A stretch of DNA of 64,000 bases from Candidatus Methanomethylicia archaeon (GTDB lineage: Archaea > Thermoproteota > Methanomethylicia > Culexarchaeales > Culexarchaeaceae). Shown here in pieces: positions 39,690-52,729 of the stretch. The position numbers and the translations under genes were made by a program. How positions within the stretch are numbered: the stretch's first letter is position 1; each line of letters begins with the position of its first letter. The DNA is taken from positions 1 to 64,000 of the forward strand of contig JAVYVS010000002.1 in NCBI GenBank assembly GCA_038727515.1. Reading direction: 5' to 3'. A model generated the notes under the pieces. The model saw nothing but the letters and a program-made list of their open reading frames with translations. It had not been told where the DNA came from and ran no database searches.

Positions 39690-41486
39690 ATGGTTAGGAT
39701 AGCTATTTTAGATGATGAGAGATGTAAACCTAAGGATTGTAGTAGAGAATGTTATAGGTTTTGTCCAAGGGTTAGGAGTGGTGATAAAACTATTGAATTT
39801 GATTCTAACTCTAATAAGCCTGTTATCGCTGAATCTTTATGTTCTGGTTGCGGTATTTGTGTTCGTAAGTGTCCATTTAAAGCTTTAAGAATCGTCAATT
39901 TACCGGATGAATTGGAAGAGGTTTGTGTTCATCGGTATGGTGCTAATAGATTTAAGCTTTATAGACTTCCAATACCTAAACCCAATATGGTTTTAGGTTT
40001 ACTTGGGCCTAATGCTGTAGGTAAATCTACTGCTATAAGGATTTTGGGAGGTTTTATTAAGCCTAATCTTGGAAGATGGGATTCACCTCCAGATTGGAAT
40101 GAAATAATAAGTTTTTATCGTGGTTCAGAGCTTCAATCATATTTCGAGAAATTATCTAGTGGTAAACTTAAGGTTGTAATTAAACCTCAATACTTAGATA
40201 AAATTCCAAGTGTTGTTAAAGGTTGTGTAAGTGAAGTTTTATCTAGAGTTGATGAGCGTGGCATCCTTAATGAAATTAGGGATTCTCTAGGTCTTAGAGA
40301 GATTTGGGATAGACCTATAAATGTTCTCAGTGGTGGAGAACTTCAAAGGGTTGCTATTGCTGCTGCAACACTTAAGGATGCTAATGTATATCTCTTTGAT
40401 GAACCTTCAAGTTATCTTGATGTTTATGAAAGAATGAGGGTGGCAAAGGTTATAAGGAGTTTGGCTTCTGAAGGTAGGTATGTTGTTGTAGTAGAGCATG
40501 ATTTAGCTGTTTTAGATTATATTTCTGATCAGATATGTATATTTTATGGTAATCCTGGGGTTTATGGTATTGTTACTCCAGTTTATGGTGTTAGAGTTGG
40601 TATAAATGTTTATTTAGATGGTTATATACCTTCTGATAATGTTCTTTTTAGACGTGAACCTGTTAGATTTGATGTTTCACCTCCACAAATGGAATGGTCT
40701 TCTGGAAGCGTATTTTTAATGTGGGATTATATGTTTAAGAGGTTAGGAGATTTTGAATTAAAGGTTGAACCTGGAGTTATACATATTGGGGAAGTTATTG
40801 GAATTCTTGGTCCTAATGGTATTGGTAAAACTACTTTCATTAAACTTTTAGCGGGAATTTTAAATGTTGATGAAGGTTTTACTCCTACAATTAATGTTAA
40901 AGTTAGTTATAAACCTCAATATCTATCCTTCAAAGAGGATTTAACTGTTATGGAGGTTTTAAAAGCTTCTGCTAAAGATAAGTTTGATTCTTCATGGTTT
41001 AAAAGTGAGATATTACTACCTTTAGAACTTGTAAATCTTATGGATTTCCATTTATCTGAGCTTAGTGGTGGAGAACTTCAAAGAGTTGCTATAGCTTCAT
41101 GTCTATCTATGGATGCAGATTTATATTTGATTGATGAACCTAGTGCATATTTAGATGTTGAGCAAAGGATTTCTATGGCTAGAGTTATTAAGAGGATTAT
41201 TGAGAGTAGGGGTGTAGCAGCTTTTGTTGTTGAGCACGATCTTATTGTTCAAAGTATATTGGCTGATAGTTTAATGGTTTTCTCCGGTCATCCAGGTAGA
41301 TTTGGAGTTGCACATTCTCCAAAGAGTTTGAGGGAGGGTATGAATAAATTCCTTAGGGATGTTGATGTAACCTTTAGAAGAGATCCACAAACTGGTAGGC
41401 CTAGAGTTAATAAACCTGATTCATGGCTTGATAGATATCAGAAGGGTATTGGTGAATACTATTATTTTGAAGCTAAAGGTGAATAA
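39690..41486 (+). CDS. rli: Ribosome recycling ATPase ABCE1/Rli1
   Basis: N-terminal Fe-S cysteines (CKPKDC..C..CP; CSGCGICVRKCP), two NBDs, TFRRD, RPRVNK. Confidence 0.97.
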   Translation: MVRIAILDDERCKPKDCSRECYRFCPRVRSGDKTIEFDSNSNKPVIAESLCSGCGICVRKCPFKALRIVNLPDELEEVCVHRYGANRFKLYRLPIPKPNMVLGLLGPNAVGKSTAIRILGGFIKPNLGRWDSPPDWNEIISFYRGSELQSYFEKLSSGKLKVVIKPQYLDKIPSVVKGCVSEVLSRVDERGILNEIRDSLGLREIWDRPINVLSGGELQRVAIAAATLKDANVYLFDEPSSYLDVYERMRVAKVIRSLASEGRYVVVVEHDLAVLDYISDQICIFYGNPGVYGIVTPVYGVRVGINVYLDGYIPSDNVLFRREPVRFDVSPPQMEWSSGSVFLMWDYMFKRLGDFELKVEPGVIHIGEVIGILGPNGIGKTTFIKLLAGILNVDEGFTPTINVKVSYKPQYLSFKEDLTVMEVLKASAKDKFDSSWFKSEILLPLELVNLMDFHLSELSGGELQRVAIASCLSMDADLYLIDEPSAYLDVEQRISMARVIKRIIESRGVAAFVVEHDLIVQSILADSLMVFSGHPGRFGVAHSPKSLREGMNKFLRDVDVTFRRDPQTGRPRVNKPDSWLDRYQKGIGEYYYFEAKGE

Positions 41487-41533
41487 ACAATCTTTAAATG
41501 TTCATCATTTTATATCCTTTCTTGGGTGATATT

Positions 41534-43323
<1,790 letters not shown>

Positions 43324-43374
43324 CGCTAAGTTTTTAAATCTCTAAACTCTTCCTTCTATAATGGGATAATCTGT

Positions 43375-44250
43375 ATGATGGGGAAAGTCGTACTCTTATT
43401 TGGATTCATGACTGGATTATTAATGTTAGTGGGGTTTGCCATTGGTTCAATTTTAGGCAGCCCATTGACAGCAGTTGAAGTATCCTTGACCATGGCTCTC
43501 TTAATGAATATATTCGCATACTTCTATTCAGATAAAATAGTATTAAGTATGTCTGGGGCGAGGATAGTTAGTGAAAGTGAATATCCACGTCTTCACCGTA
43601 TAGTTGAACGTGTTGCAAATGCTGCAAATATACCTAAACCAAGAGTTGCAGTTATTGATAGTAATGCTCCAAATGCTTTTGCAACTGGTAGAGGTCCAAA
43701 AAATAGTGTTGTAGCAGTAACTAGAGGTTTACTTTCAATTTTAAATGAAGAGGAAGTTGAAGCTGTTATAGGACATGAAATTGCGCATGTAAAACATAGA
43801 GATATATTGATATCAACAATAGCTGCTACACTTGCAGGAGCTATAACTTATCTAGCATATTTAGGTAGATGGGGAGTTTTATTTAGTACTAGCGATCGAA
43901 GGAGGAATGAAGGTTCTATTGCTGCTGCATTATTAGCAGCTGTATTAGCACCTATAGCTGCCATGTTAGTTCAACTAGCAATCTCACGTGAGAGAGAATA
44001 TGATGCTGATGAAGAAGGTGCGAGAATAACTGGTAAGCCTATGGAATTAGCAAATGCTTTAATAAAAATTAGTGGAGCAAAAAAAGTGGGATTAACTGTA
44101 AATGTAAATCCATCAACAGCTCATATGTGGATCGTAAACCCCTTAAGAGGAGGAAGCATTGAAGAACTCTTTTCAACTCATCCATCAGTAGAGAAAAGAG
44201 TTGAAAGATTAAAGAAAATCGCTAGAGATATGGGAATATATTACCTATAA
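43375..44250 (+). CDS. htpX: Zinc metalloprotease HtpX
   Basis: PNAFATG, HEIAH, SREREYDAD, FSTHP. Confidence 0.95.
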   Translation: MMGKVVLLFGFMTGLLMLVGFAIGSILGSPLTAVEVSLTMALLMNIFAYFYSDKIVLSMSGARIVSESEYPRLHRIVERVANAANIPKPRVAVIDSNAPNAFATGRGPKNSVVAVTRGLLSILNEEEVEAVIGHEIAHVKHRDILISTIAATLAGAITYLAYLGRWGVLFSTSDRRRNEGSIAAALLAAVLAPIAAMLVQLAISREREYDADEEGARITGKPMELANALIKISGAKKVGLTVNVNPSTAHMWIVNPLRGGSIEELFSTHPSVEKRVERLKKIARDMGIYYL

Positions 44251-44488
44251 AATCTAAGTAATCAAGAAGGATAAACCATTATTTTCCATAATAAATATAG
44301 AATGAATTGCATAACTCTACAGATAATTTCATAACTCAACGTAAGTGGAAAGTTTATTTTAACCTACATTCAACAAACTTTAAAATGGAGTGCCTCTTAA
44401 AAGGGGGATCTTTAAAACGTAGATACATATAATAATCAAAATCTCTATAATTATCAAGAAGAGATAGATGTTTAGATATAAAAGATCA

Positions 44489-44563
44489 GGGCCCGTAGCT
44501 CAGTTTGGATAGAGCGTTGGCCTGCGGAGCCAAAGGTCCTGGGTTCAAATCCCAGCGGGCCCG
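44489..44563 (+). tRNA. tRNA-Arg(GCG)
   Basis: GGGCCCGTAGCTCAGTTTGGATAGAGCGTTGGC-CTGCGGA-GCCAAAGGTCCTGGGTTCAAATCCCAGCGGGCCCG cloverleaf. Confidence 0.96.
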
Positions 44564-44800
44564 TTACCTCATAACATTATTTGATGATGTTAGCTAAATG
44601 AAGTTATGGGTATTTGAACTTTAACTTAGAGATCCTAAGAAGGAAGAAAAGGATGTTGAAATAATTCTAGTTAATTCTTACCTTTATTTATGAAGAGGAA
44701 AGGAATTATGGCAGTTTTAGTCTTGTATGAGAAAGTATGTTTACAACGTTATTTATGCTTATATTAACGCTAAATCTTGTAGGTTTACTCTTTTTATGTT

Positions 44801-45622
44801 TTAACTCTTTAATCCAAGGAGTTCTCTTGCTTCACTTGGTGTTGCTATATCTATGCCGAGTTCTTTCGCTATCCTAACCACTTTAGCAACCATTTCAGCA
44901 TTACTTTTAGCCAAAACACCTCGAGAAATGTAAATATTATCTTCCATCCCAGTTCGAACATCTCCACCTAAAATCATACCAAGGGTTAATAATGGGAAAT
45001 GAGCTCTACCCACCACTATTGTATTCCATCTACAGTTTTTTGGTAGGGCTTTTACCATCCATACTAAATTTTCCGGTGTAGCTGGGATACCCCCTTTAAC
45101 CCCTAATACTAATCCAAATCTTAATGGCTCTTTAAGTAACCCCTTTTCAAGTAATTGTAGTGCCAAGTTAATATGTCCAACATCATAACATTCAATTTCT
45201 GGTTTTATATTTTTCTCAAGCATTATTCTAGCAATTCTTTCTACATCTGCAGGAGGATTAAGAAACACACCATCACCGAATGTCATAGTAGCAACATTTA
45301 ACGATGCAAATTCTGGATTGAGCTCAAGTGCACATAATCTTTGTTCCATGGAAATTCCATAAGGGCCTCCTCCACCCGTAGTGAGTTGAATAATCATATC
45401 ACATCTTTCTCTAATTCTTTCTATGACTTCACGGTACAATTTTACATCTGGATATGGACCCTTACTTTTTACATCCCTCACATGTATATGAGCAACAGAT
45501 GCACCTGCTTCATAAGCTTTAACAGCTTCATTAGCAATTTCTTCTGGAGTGATTGGGACATTAGGATTTTTCTGCCACTGTGGACCTGAGCCTGTTGGAG
45601 CAACGGTAATAATCATCTTCAT
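44801..45622 (-). CDS. Beta-keto acid cleavage enzyme (Kce/BKACE, DUF849)
   Basis: [21 protein letters not shown] (Zn ligands), PEIECYD, RTGMEDN. Confidence 0.92.
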   Translation of the reverse strand: MKMIITVAPTGSGPQWQKNPNVPITPEEIANEAVKAYEAGASVAHIHVRDVKSKGPYPDVKLYREVIERIRERCDMIIQLTTGGGGPYGISMEQRLCALELNPEFASLNVATMTFGDGVFLNPPADVERIARIMLEKNIKPEIECYDVGHINLALQLLEKGLLKEPLRFGLVLGVKGGIPATPENLVWMVKALPKNCRWNTIVVGRAHFPLLTLGMILGGDVRTGMEDNIYISRGVLAKSNAEMVAKVVRIAKELGIDIATPSEARELLGLKS

Positions 45623-46551
45623 GAAAATAACCTCTCCTTTTGCGTACTAGGTTTTTGCTCATAAATTGGTGTTCCTGTACTTTCTACTTCTTTTTTGAAT
45701 TCTTCTATGATCCTCATGGTAATTGGACCTACTTCACCATTCCCAATTTTTCTACCATCTACTTCCACAACTGGCTGTATTTCAACGCCAGTACCTGTTA
45801 AAAATACTTCATCTGCATTATAAAGGTCATGAATTGTTAGATCACGCTCTAAAACTTCAATTCCAACTCTCTTTGCAATTTCTATAATGGTCTGTCTAGT
45901 TATCCCTGGAAGTATGCTGGCATATAATGGAGGAGTCATTAGCATCCCCCTTTTAACTATAAATATATTGGCACCAGTCCCCTCACATACATAGCCCCTC
46001 CAATCAAGCATGATAGCTTCATCGGCTCCACAATGTATTGCTTCAATTTTTGCTAATATGTTATTTTGATAATTCAGTACTTTAGCTGAAGCTGGTAAAC
46101 AAAAGGGAGGTGTTCGTCTTATAGAGGAAACTATTGCTTTAATAGTGCGTTTATGTGCAGCTATTGAGGGGTATTGTTCTATTCGTTGTGGAATTACTAT
46201 TATTGTTGGTTTTTCACAATGTCTAGGATCAAGACCTAGTTTACCAATACCCCGTGTTACAATAGGTCTAATATAAGCGGTAGTCAATTTATTTCTTCGC
46301 AAGGTTTCTAGGATAATTTCTTTGAATTCCTCCTTTGATAATGGAATCTTAATATCGAGTGTTTTAGCAGATTCATAGAGTCGATCAATATGTTCTTCAA
46401 GTTTAAATACGCGTCCATTATATGCTCTAATACCCTCAAAAACTCCATCACCATAGAGTAAACCATGGTCAAACACTGAAATTTTAGCTTCACTTTCAGG
46501 GTAAAATTCTCCATTAATATAAATTAAAAGTTCTTGTTTTTCTTCACTCAT
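45619..46551 (-). CDS. ilvE: Branched-chain amino acid aminotransferase (class IV)
   Basis: [37 protein letters not shown]. Confidence 0.93.
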   Translation of the reverse strand: MSEEKQELLIYINGEFYPESEAKISVFDHGLLYGDGVFEGIRAYNGRVFKLEEHIDRLYESAKTLDIKIPLSKEEFKEIILETLRRNKLTTAYIRPIVTRGIGKLGLDPRHCEKPTIIVIPQRIEQYPSIAAHKRTIKAIVSSIRRTPPFCLPASAKVLNYQNNILAKIEAIHCGADEAIMLDWRGYVCEGTGANIFIVKRGMLMTPPLYASILPGITRQTIIEIAKRVGIEVLERDLTIHDLYNADEVFLTGTGVEIQPVVEVDGRKIGNGEVGPITMRIIEEFKKEVESTGTPIYEQKPSTQKERLFS

Positions 46552-46749
46552 AAAAACCCATTTATCAGATTAAAGATCCTTATTTATTTAAATCTTTAGA
46601 CAGAAATCTACAGCATATAAGTATGCTATTTTCCTAAATTTTTCTTGTTTTCATTGTATTGAGCGTTTTCCTCCCTATGATGTAAATAATTAATGAATTC
46701 ATTTAATAGATTCTGCTTTATTTTCCATTGAAAACCTTCTTTATTTTGT

Positions 46750-47361
46750 TCATGTTTCTATTACTGTTATAAGTCTTTCAATGGTTATTTTTGTAAGTCT
46801 TACTAATGCTTCACAATCTGGTAGATAATATGATGCTGTTTTATCAAACATTATGCTACTTGAAGGTGGGAGCTCGTCATCACCCTTCCAGATGGTAAAT
46901 ACGATTGGAATTCTTGGGAGAGCGTATACCTTTATTGATAGATCACCATAATCTAAAATTTCATGTTTAAAAACAATTGCAGCTTTATGTAACATATCTG
47001 GATACTTTCCAAAAATATCTTCAAATCTTTTGTATACGCTTCTAAATTCTGGACAGTGGTATAATGCTAGATCCTTAATGGATTTAAATAGTTCAGTGAA
47101 CGTAGTGTATTCTTTCATTTCTCCAATGTCTTGAGTTGTCTGTGAGTACATGTATAATATGTAGTATATATCGACTTTTTCCTCATTTTTTAAATACCTC
47201 TTTGATATTTCATCATAAACTTCTCCATTATCTATGTTGATTTTAAAACCTAGGAAGTGAAGTTCTGAACTTTCCTCAAAGCCTAATCTTCCACTAAGGG
47301 TTTTTATGTATTTCCCAGTTTTCTCCCAATTCCACCAATTTATAAATGATTGTTTAGACAT
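46750..47361 (-). CDS. DUF3786-domain protein
   Basis: GD..I...LPRIP....W.GDDE.P....I.FD..A..YL pattern. Confidence 0.75.
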   Translation of the reverse strand: MSKQSFINWWNWEKTGKYIKTLSGRLGFEESSELHFLGFKINIDNGEVYDEISKRYLKNEEKVDIYYILYMYSQTTQDIGEMKEYTTFTELFKSIKDLALYHCPEFRSVYKRFEDIFGKYPDMLHKAAIVFKHEILDYGDLSIKVYALPRIPIVFTIWKGDDELPPSSSIMFDKTASYYLPDCEALVRLTKITIERLITVIET

Positions 47362-47376
47362 ATATCATTAACTAAG

Positions 47377-48153
47377 TTAATCTATTAATCCTATATTCCT
47401 TGCTATCATTCTTGCTGCTTTAACAGCATCACTATTTTCTGGTAATTCTAGTAATGGTTTTCCACGTATACTATATTCAAGTATTTTCTCATCTTCTGGA
47501 ATTACACCAGCTACTTGATATCCCACATCCTCAGACCATTTATACAATCTTTCCTCTATAGATTTTGAAAGTCTATTTCCAACCACATACATGTATTTTG
47601 CATCTATTTTTACTTCCTTAACTATTTGTTTAATCTTTTCAGCAGTTTTAAAACTCATTATTGATGGATCTACAACTACTATTAATGTATCCACATATCT
47701 ATCAGTTCTTCTACTTAAATGCTCAAGTCCAGCTTCCATATCCATTAATATTACACTATAATTTTTACTTAGCTTCCCCAAGATTCTAGTTAATACTGTA
47801 TTTATATAGCAGTAGCATCCTTCACCCTCCCCCCTCCCCATAGCTAATAGGTCGAATCCTTTACTTTCAACTATTGCTCTATACACCCAATATTCTAATA
47901 ATGCATCCTTTGAAAATCCTAGAGCAATATCAATTTTATCTACTGTTCGTCTAAATTCTTCAGCTATATCTGATATGCTCTCTTTAACTTCTACTCCTAA
48001 TACTTCATGTAGATTCATAGCTGGATCCGCATCTACCATCAATATTATATCATCAGTATTTTTTTCAAGTAAAACTTTAAGTAGTAAAGCACTTAATGTT
48101 GTTTTTCCACTTCCACCCTTACCAGATATTGATGCTATGAAAGGTCTTTTCAT
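47377..48153 (-). CDS. cooC: CooC/AcsF-type nickel-insertion ATPase
   Basis: GKGGSGKT, DADP, GEGCYC, DMEAGLEH. Confidence 0.92.
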   Translation of the reverse strand: MKRPFIASISGKGGSGKTTLSALLLKVLLEKNTDDIILMVDADPAMNLHEVLGVEVKESISDIAEEFRRTVDKIDIALGFSKDALLEYWVYRAIVESKGFDLLAMGRGEGEGCYCYINTVLTRILGKLSKNYSVILMDMEAGLEHLSRRTDRYVDTLIVVVDPSIMSFKTAEKIKQIVKEVKIDAKYMYVVGNRLSKSIEERLYKWSEDVGYQVAGVIPEDEKILEYSIRGKPLLELPENSDAVKAARMIARNIGLID

Positions 48154-48214
48154 ATATTTAACTTCTCCATAACTTTTTATGGTAATTCGATATTTTAAGA
48201 ATATTTTGCATAAT

Positions 48215-50071
48215 TTATTTTTGCCTAATCTTTCTACTCATTTCCCACCATGTTGGGAATAATTCTCTTTTTCCTGGAAGTATGAATCCTGCTTGATATT
48301 CATCCATGAAGTCTGGATCTAACATTAACTCTATACTAGCCGTGATTTTTGCAATTCTTTCAGCTTCATCTCTATGTTTTTTCGATATCATTGATAGATA
48401 TGCTCCACCTAGTGAACCATTACCTATGAATATTACTTCAGCTTTTGTGAATTCTGGTATCATTCCTATTGCCATAGCATTATTTATATCTAAATATCTA
48501 CCAAATGCTCCACAAATGTATACTTTATCTACATCATAAACTTTTAACATCATCTTCTTTAATAATATGGATATTGCTGCGCATACTGATGATTTTGCAT
48601 CTATCAAATTGTATATGTCTTTTTCTGTTATCACTATATCCCTACCAGTTAAAGTTTCATTTGAAGGTGCTATTACATATTCATATCCATCAAGCCCACT
48701 TCTAATATTTGGTGATTTTATATCTCTCCTGAATTTCCCAATAGGATCTATGATATTATGTCTAAAAAGTTCTGCTACCACATCTATATATCCAGACCCA
48801 CAAATGCCAATAGGCTTTACATTGCCTATAACTGTATATTTCGAATTTAAAGTTTGAGGGTCTATTTCTACACTTTCTATAGCACCTTCAATGGCTCTAA
48901 CCCCACATTTAAGACCCCACCCCTCAAATGCTGGTCCAGCAGGGGCAGTGGTCCCTAAAATCCAATCTTTACATCCAATTACAACCTCTGTATTAGTTCC
49001 TATATCTATAAGTAATGTGGGTTTTTCTGAGAAGCTAAGTTCTGACGTAATTATATCTCCAACAACATCTCCACCTAGAAATCTACCCATACATGGAAGT
49101 ACATATATGGTGGCGTTTTCCCTTAAGTTTAAACCTAAATCTTTTGGGTTAAGTATGTAAGGTTTTCTCTCTACATTTACATGTTCCTTAAATGATCTAA
49201 TTAATGGGGTTGGATCTAATCCTATGAAGGTATATGTCATCACAGTATTCCCAGCTGCAGTTAATTCGTAAATGTTTTTTGGATCTATCCTTGTCTCACT
49301 GCACAAATTGTTTATTAATTCATTTATCGTCTGAACTATTGCTTGTTGTAATTCTTTTAATCCTCCACTTCTTTCAATGGTATATGATATCCTAGATATT
49401 AAATCTTCACCATATATCAATTGTCTATTGAATTTCGATTCTGTTGCTAAGATTTTCCCTGTGGATATCTCTATTAGGGATGCCACTATCTTTGTGGTTC
49501 CTATATCTACTGCTAATCCATAAATTCCTCCATTTAATTCTTTAAGGCTTAAATCTAATATTTTTGAATTATAAAAGTCTACTATTATGGATAATTCTTC
49601 CCCTGGCTCTAATTCATAGATCCTTCTTCTAATTTCATCACTCATTGAATACTTCTTGAATTCTTCTTGAAGTTTACGTATATCTCTTACTTTAATGCAT
49701 ATTCTATTTACATATGGGTTAATTGCTGTTTTTGGTAAATTCACATCTGTTAATAATTTTGCTTTTCCAATTACACTTTCTGGTGGAATAAGGACTTCTA
49801 CGTCTTCTAAAACTTTTGCTAGACATGCCAATACATATCCTTCTGAAACTTCTTTGGGCGATATTAGCTCTTTATCTTTTACTTCATGTTTAACTTTTCC
49901 CTTAATTACTCTAACTTTACATTTTCCACACAGTCCTTTTCCGCCACATATACTTCTAATACCTATACCCACTTTTCTTAATGCTTCCAATATTGTTGAA
50001 TTTTTATGAATTGTTGTTTTAAGTTTATATTGTGGAAATGATACTTCTACGTTTTCCATTTCTTTAGTCAA
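48215..50071 (-). CDS. Reductive activator of corrinoid Fe-S protein (RACo/AcsV; 2Fe-2S + ASKHA)
   Basis: CGGKGLCGKC...LAC ferredoxin, DIGTT, DIGTN, GPAFEG, GICGSG, GAFG. Confidence 0.92.
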   Translation of the reverse strand: MTKEMENVEVSFPQYKLKTTIHKNSTILEALRKVGIGIRSICGGKGLCGKCKVRVIKGKVKHEVKDKELISPKEVSEGYVLACLAKVLEDVEVLIPPESVIGKAKLLTDVNLPKTAINPYVNRICIKVRDIRKLQEEFKKYSMSDEIRRRIYELEPGEELSIIVDFYNSKILDLSLKELNGGIYGLAVDIGTTKIVASLIEISTGKILATESKFNRQLIYGEDLISRISYTIERSGGLKELQQAIVQTINELINNLCSETRIDPKNIYELTAAGNTVMTYTFIGLDPTPLIRSFKEHVNVERKPYILNPKDLGLNLRENATIYVLPCMGRFLGGDVVGDIITSELSFSEKPTLLIDIGTNTEVVIGCKDWILGTTAPAGPAFEGWGLKCGVRAIEGAIESVEIDPQTLNSKYTVIGNVKPIGICGSGYIDVVAELFRHNIIDPIGKFRRDIKSPNIRSGLDGYEYVIAPSNETLTGRDIVITEKDIYNLIDAKSSVCAAISILLKKMMLKVYDVDKVYICGAFGRYLDINNAMAIGMIPEFTKAEVIFIGNGSLGGAYLSMISKKHRDEAERIAKITASIELMLDPDFMDEYQAGFILPGKRELFPTWWEMSRKIRQK

Positions 50072-50075
50072 TATA

Positions 50076-51515
50076 TTAACTCTCCATAATTTCCCTTATC
50101 TTTTCTGGAGTCCACATCTTCTTAATAAATGCTGCTATTTCACTTGAATCCATAGGTCCTACTAAAACTTTCCATCCACTTATTTCTTCAAGATCTCCAG
50201 AAATCCTAGATGCTTTTCCAGGTATTATTAGTATCTTGTGTTTCACCTTTTCTTCAAAGTTGTTTTTCTTAATTAATTCTACAATCTTCTCCCCCACAAA
50301 CTTTTTAGCTGCTACAGATACATCTACGGCTAACCCCTCAGTATCTATAACTATTAACCATGCATTTATACCACTCTTCTGGATATCATTAGAAACTATA
50401 CTATATGTTAAAGCATAATTACTAGTTACAAATACTGGAGAATTCTCATCGGGATTTCCAATAGCTCTAATACCGGGTTCTACAGCTACAGGTTTTCGTG
50501 GATCCGTATATAATTGGAATCTCCATATGACTAGTGGTAGTAGACTCCAACCTTCTGTAGAATGCATTATTATTAGATCTGCATATCTTGTTATCAAAAT
50601 TGCTGCAATAATTGTTTCCCACCATACTTTTTGCGTTAAATCTTGTTCTGGATATGACCATACGGATATTGGAGTTCCAATTAATGGGTATGATGAATAT
50701 TTATATCCCTCATTTATAGCTTTATACCTTAATTGTGTAAATGCCTTTATCATATGAAAGAGACCGCTAACATCTTTTGGACATCCAGGGTCTAAAGCTA
50801 CATCCACTATGCCTAAATCTTCTGTTAACGTTTTTACAATGGATACTAGAGTATCTATATTTCCTTGACCTGATACCGCTAGAGCAGCATTAAAATTCTT
50901 TGCTAATTCAGCCATTTCCCTCCAATTATCTTTTGTGGCCGCATATATTAGAGGCTTATATTCTTGTGTTAATATTGATAATCCTGCTTCTATTATTTCC
51001 GGATTATATGAGCACAATATTATTGGTAATGAGCTATTTTCAACAACTATTTGAACAGTCTTCATATACTGTTTTGGATTATTGGAAGTGGATCTTATGG
51101 CTATTAAATCTAATTTAAGTTGGCGTCCAACATAATCATATGTGAAATCTTCTGCAAATCTTAATCTCTTTATTATTGTTTCTTCATTCATAGAGTCATC
51201 TACATCTATAGCTATGGCTGTGGGATTCATATACCTAAGTTCATGTCTATAAACCACATATTTCCCACCGATCTTAACACTTCTCTTAGGTGTCTTAAGA
51301 ATTACCTCTTTAACTGGAGGTGAAACTAAAGCCTTTATTTTCTGATAATTCCCCAAATACTTCTCTTCAAATAATGGTGAACATTCTTCAAGTGATACTT
51401 CAAAATTTGAAACTTTAACTGCAAAAGCCATACAATTTACTTCTCCACATTTGCCACAATTGGTTCTTGGCAGTAGATTGTATATCTCTATTGGATTTGG
51501 AGGTTTCCAAGGCAT
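50076..51515 (-). CDS. cdhE: ACDS gamma subunit (CFeSP large)
   Basis: LPRTNCGKCG..CMAFA, YRHE, YTDPRKP, TSNYALTY. Confidence 0.96.
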   Translation of the reverse strand: MPWKPPNPIEIYNLLPRTNCGKCGEVNCMAFAVKVSNFEVSLEECSPLFEEKYLGNYQKIKALVSPPVKEVILKTPKRSVKIGGKYVVYRHELRYMNPTAIAIDVDDSMNEETIIKRLRFAEDFTYDYVGRQLKLDLIAIRSTSNNPKQYMKTVQIVVENSSLPIILCSYNPEIIEAGLSILTQEYKPLIYAATKDNWREMAELAKNFNAALAVSGQGNIDTLVSIVKTLTEDLGIVDVALDPGCPKDVSGLFHMIKAFTQLRYKAINEGYKYSSYPLIGTPISVWSYPEQDLTQKVWWETIIAAILITRYADLIIMHSTEGWSLLPLVIWRFQLYTDPRKPVAVEPGIRAIGNPDENSPVFVTSNYALTYSIVSNDIQKSGINAWLIVIDTEGLAVDVSVAAKKFVGEKIVELIKKNNFEEKVKHKILIIPGKASRISGDLEEISGWKVLVGPMDSSEIAAFIKKMWTPEKIREIMES

Positions 51516-52724
51516 TTAGACCACCGGTATTTTTAATGAAACCCAATCAGCTGCTTCTTCAAAGATGCGTTTACCTTTTGAAGATAAGTACTCTCTCATT
51601 TCTTTCAACGTCTTCACAGTTGTTGGATGTAAAGTCATAAAGTAATCTGCACCTGCAAGTAGACATATTATACATGTTAAAGTTTCCCATAGTGGACCTC
51701 TAATTTCTCTAGGTCCCCAGTATGGATCCATTACAACCCATGCTTCTCTTGCACCCCAAGCATTTGAAGCTCCTACATTAAATGGATGCTGTAGTTCTTC
51801 ATCTCCAAGTAGAGCTGCAAGTCTAGCTCTTTCCATTGCTGTAAATCCATATTCAGTACCATACCCTATTCCTCCAATATTTAAGTCTAGTAGTATCCTA
51901 TTCTTCGGAATCCAATCGTAAACCTTTCTATTAATCTCTCTTGCCTTATCTAAATCCATTGGTGAAAAGTCTATTACTACAATATCCTTTTTTGCTATGT
52001 GTGTACATATATCTTCAAGTTTCATATCTAAGTTAAGGCTATTTAGAACTATCCTCTCTCCTTCAGCTATATCAGATACCTTTTTAAATACTTCAACATC
52101 TTTTACTGGGTGACCACTTCCACCAACAACTATAGGTACTTTGATTTGTTGTAGTAATTCCTCAACTAGTTTAGCTGATTCTGATGGTTTTGTATCTTTT
52201 ATGCTTGGATCCGTACTTACTAAATGTATGTTTATTGCTTCTGCTCCAAATTTATCAACCCATATTCTAGCCCATTCAACTGGATTATCCAATACATCTC
52301 CAAATACTTGTCTAACAGCTCTTGGCAATGATATTCTCATATCAAATACATCTCCACTAAAAACAGGTGGATTTGGAGCTTCATATCCAGCTAAATAGTA
52401 ATATGGTGGCATTGTATGTCCTCCTAAAGTTATCACTTTATTTCTAGATCCTCCTTCAGCTTTTGTTGCACCAATCTTTACTTCTACAATTTTTCCTGGA
52501 AATGATATTTTGGGTTCTTCAAATGTGATTTTACCTAATTCTACAACCTTCTTTTCTAAAATTGGTTTTAAAATGCTCTTCATTATTGGTTGCAGTTTTA
52601 TCTCTAATTCTTCAGCTTCTATCTCTACATCATGTAATTCAATTATACCTTTACTAATAGCTTCTAATATCATTGTAAGTAAATGGTTAAAGGCTTCATC
52701 TTTCTCCTTAGATTTTTCACCCAT
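51516..52724 (-). CDS. cdhD: ACDS delta subunit (CFeSP small)
   Basis: DVFD, GGSG, GYGTEY, MERARLAAL.GD, SNAWGAREAW, HP. Confidence 0.96.
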   Translation of the reverse strand: MGEKSKEKDEAFNHLLTMILEAISKGIIELHDVEIEAEELEIKLQPIMKSILKPILEKKVVELGKITFEEPKISFPGKIVEVKIGATKAEGGSRNKVITLGGHTMPPYYYLAGYEAPNPPVFSGDVFDMRISLPRAVRQVFGDVLDNPVEWARIWVDKFGAEAINIHLVSTDPSIKDTKPSESAKLVEELLQQIKVPIVVGGSGHPVKDVEVFKKVSDIAEGERIVLNSLNLDMKLEDICTHIAKKDIVVIDFSPMDLDKAREINRKVYDWIPKNRILLDLNIGGIGYGTEYGFTAMERARLAALLGDEELQHPFNVGASNAWGAREAWVVMDPYWGPREIRGPLWETLTCIICLLAGADYFMTLHPTTVKTLKEMREYLSSKGKRIFEEAADWVSLKIPVV

Positions 52725-52729
52725 ATATT

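Noticed and set aside
44564-44800. Possible gene remnant or small RNA after tRNA-Arg
   Set aside because: The frames I tried are interrupted by stops and give no recognisable protein. TGATGA is present but without a properly placed CTGA D box.
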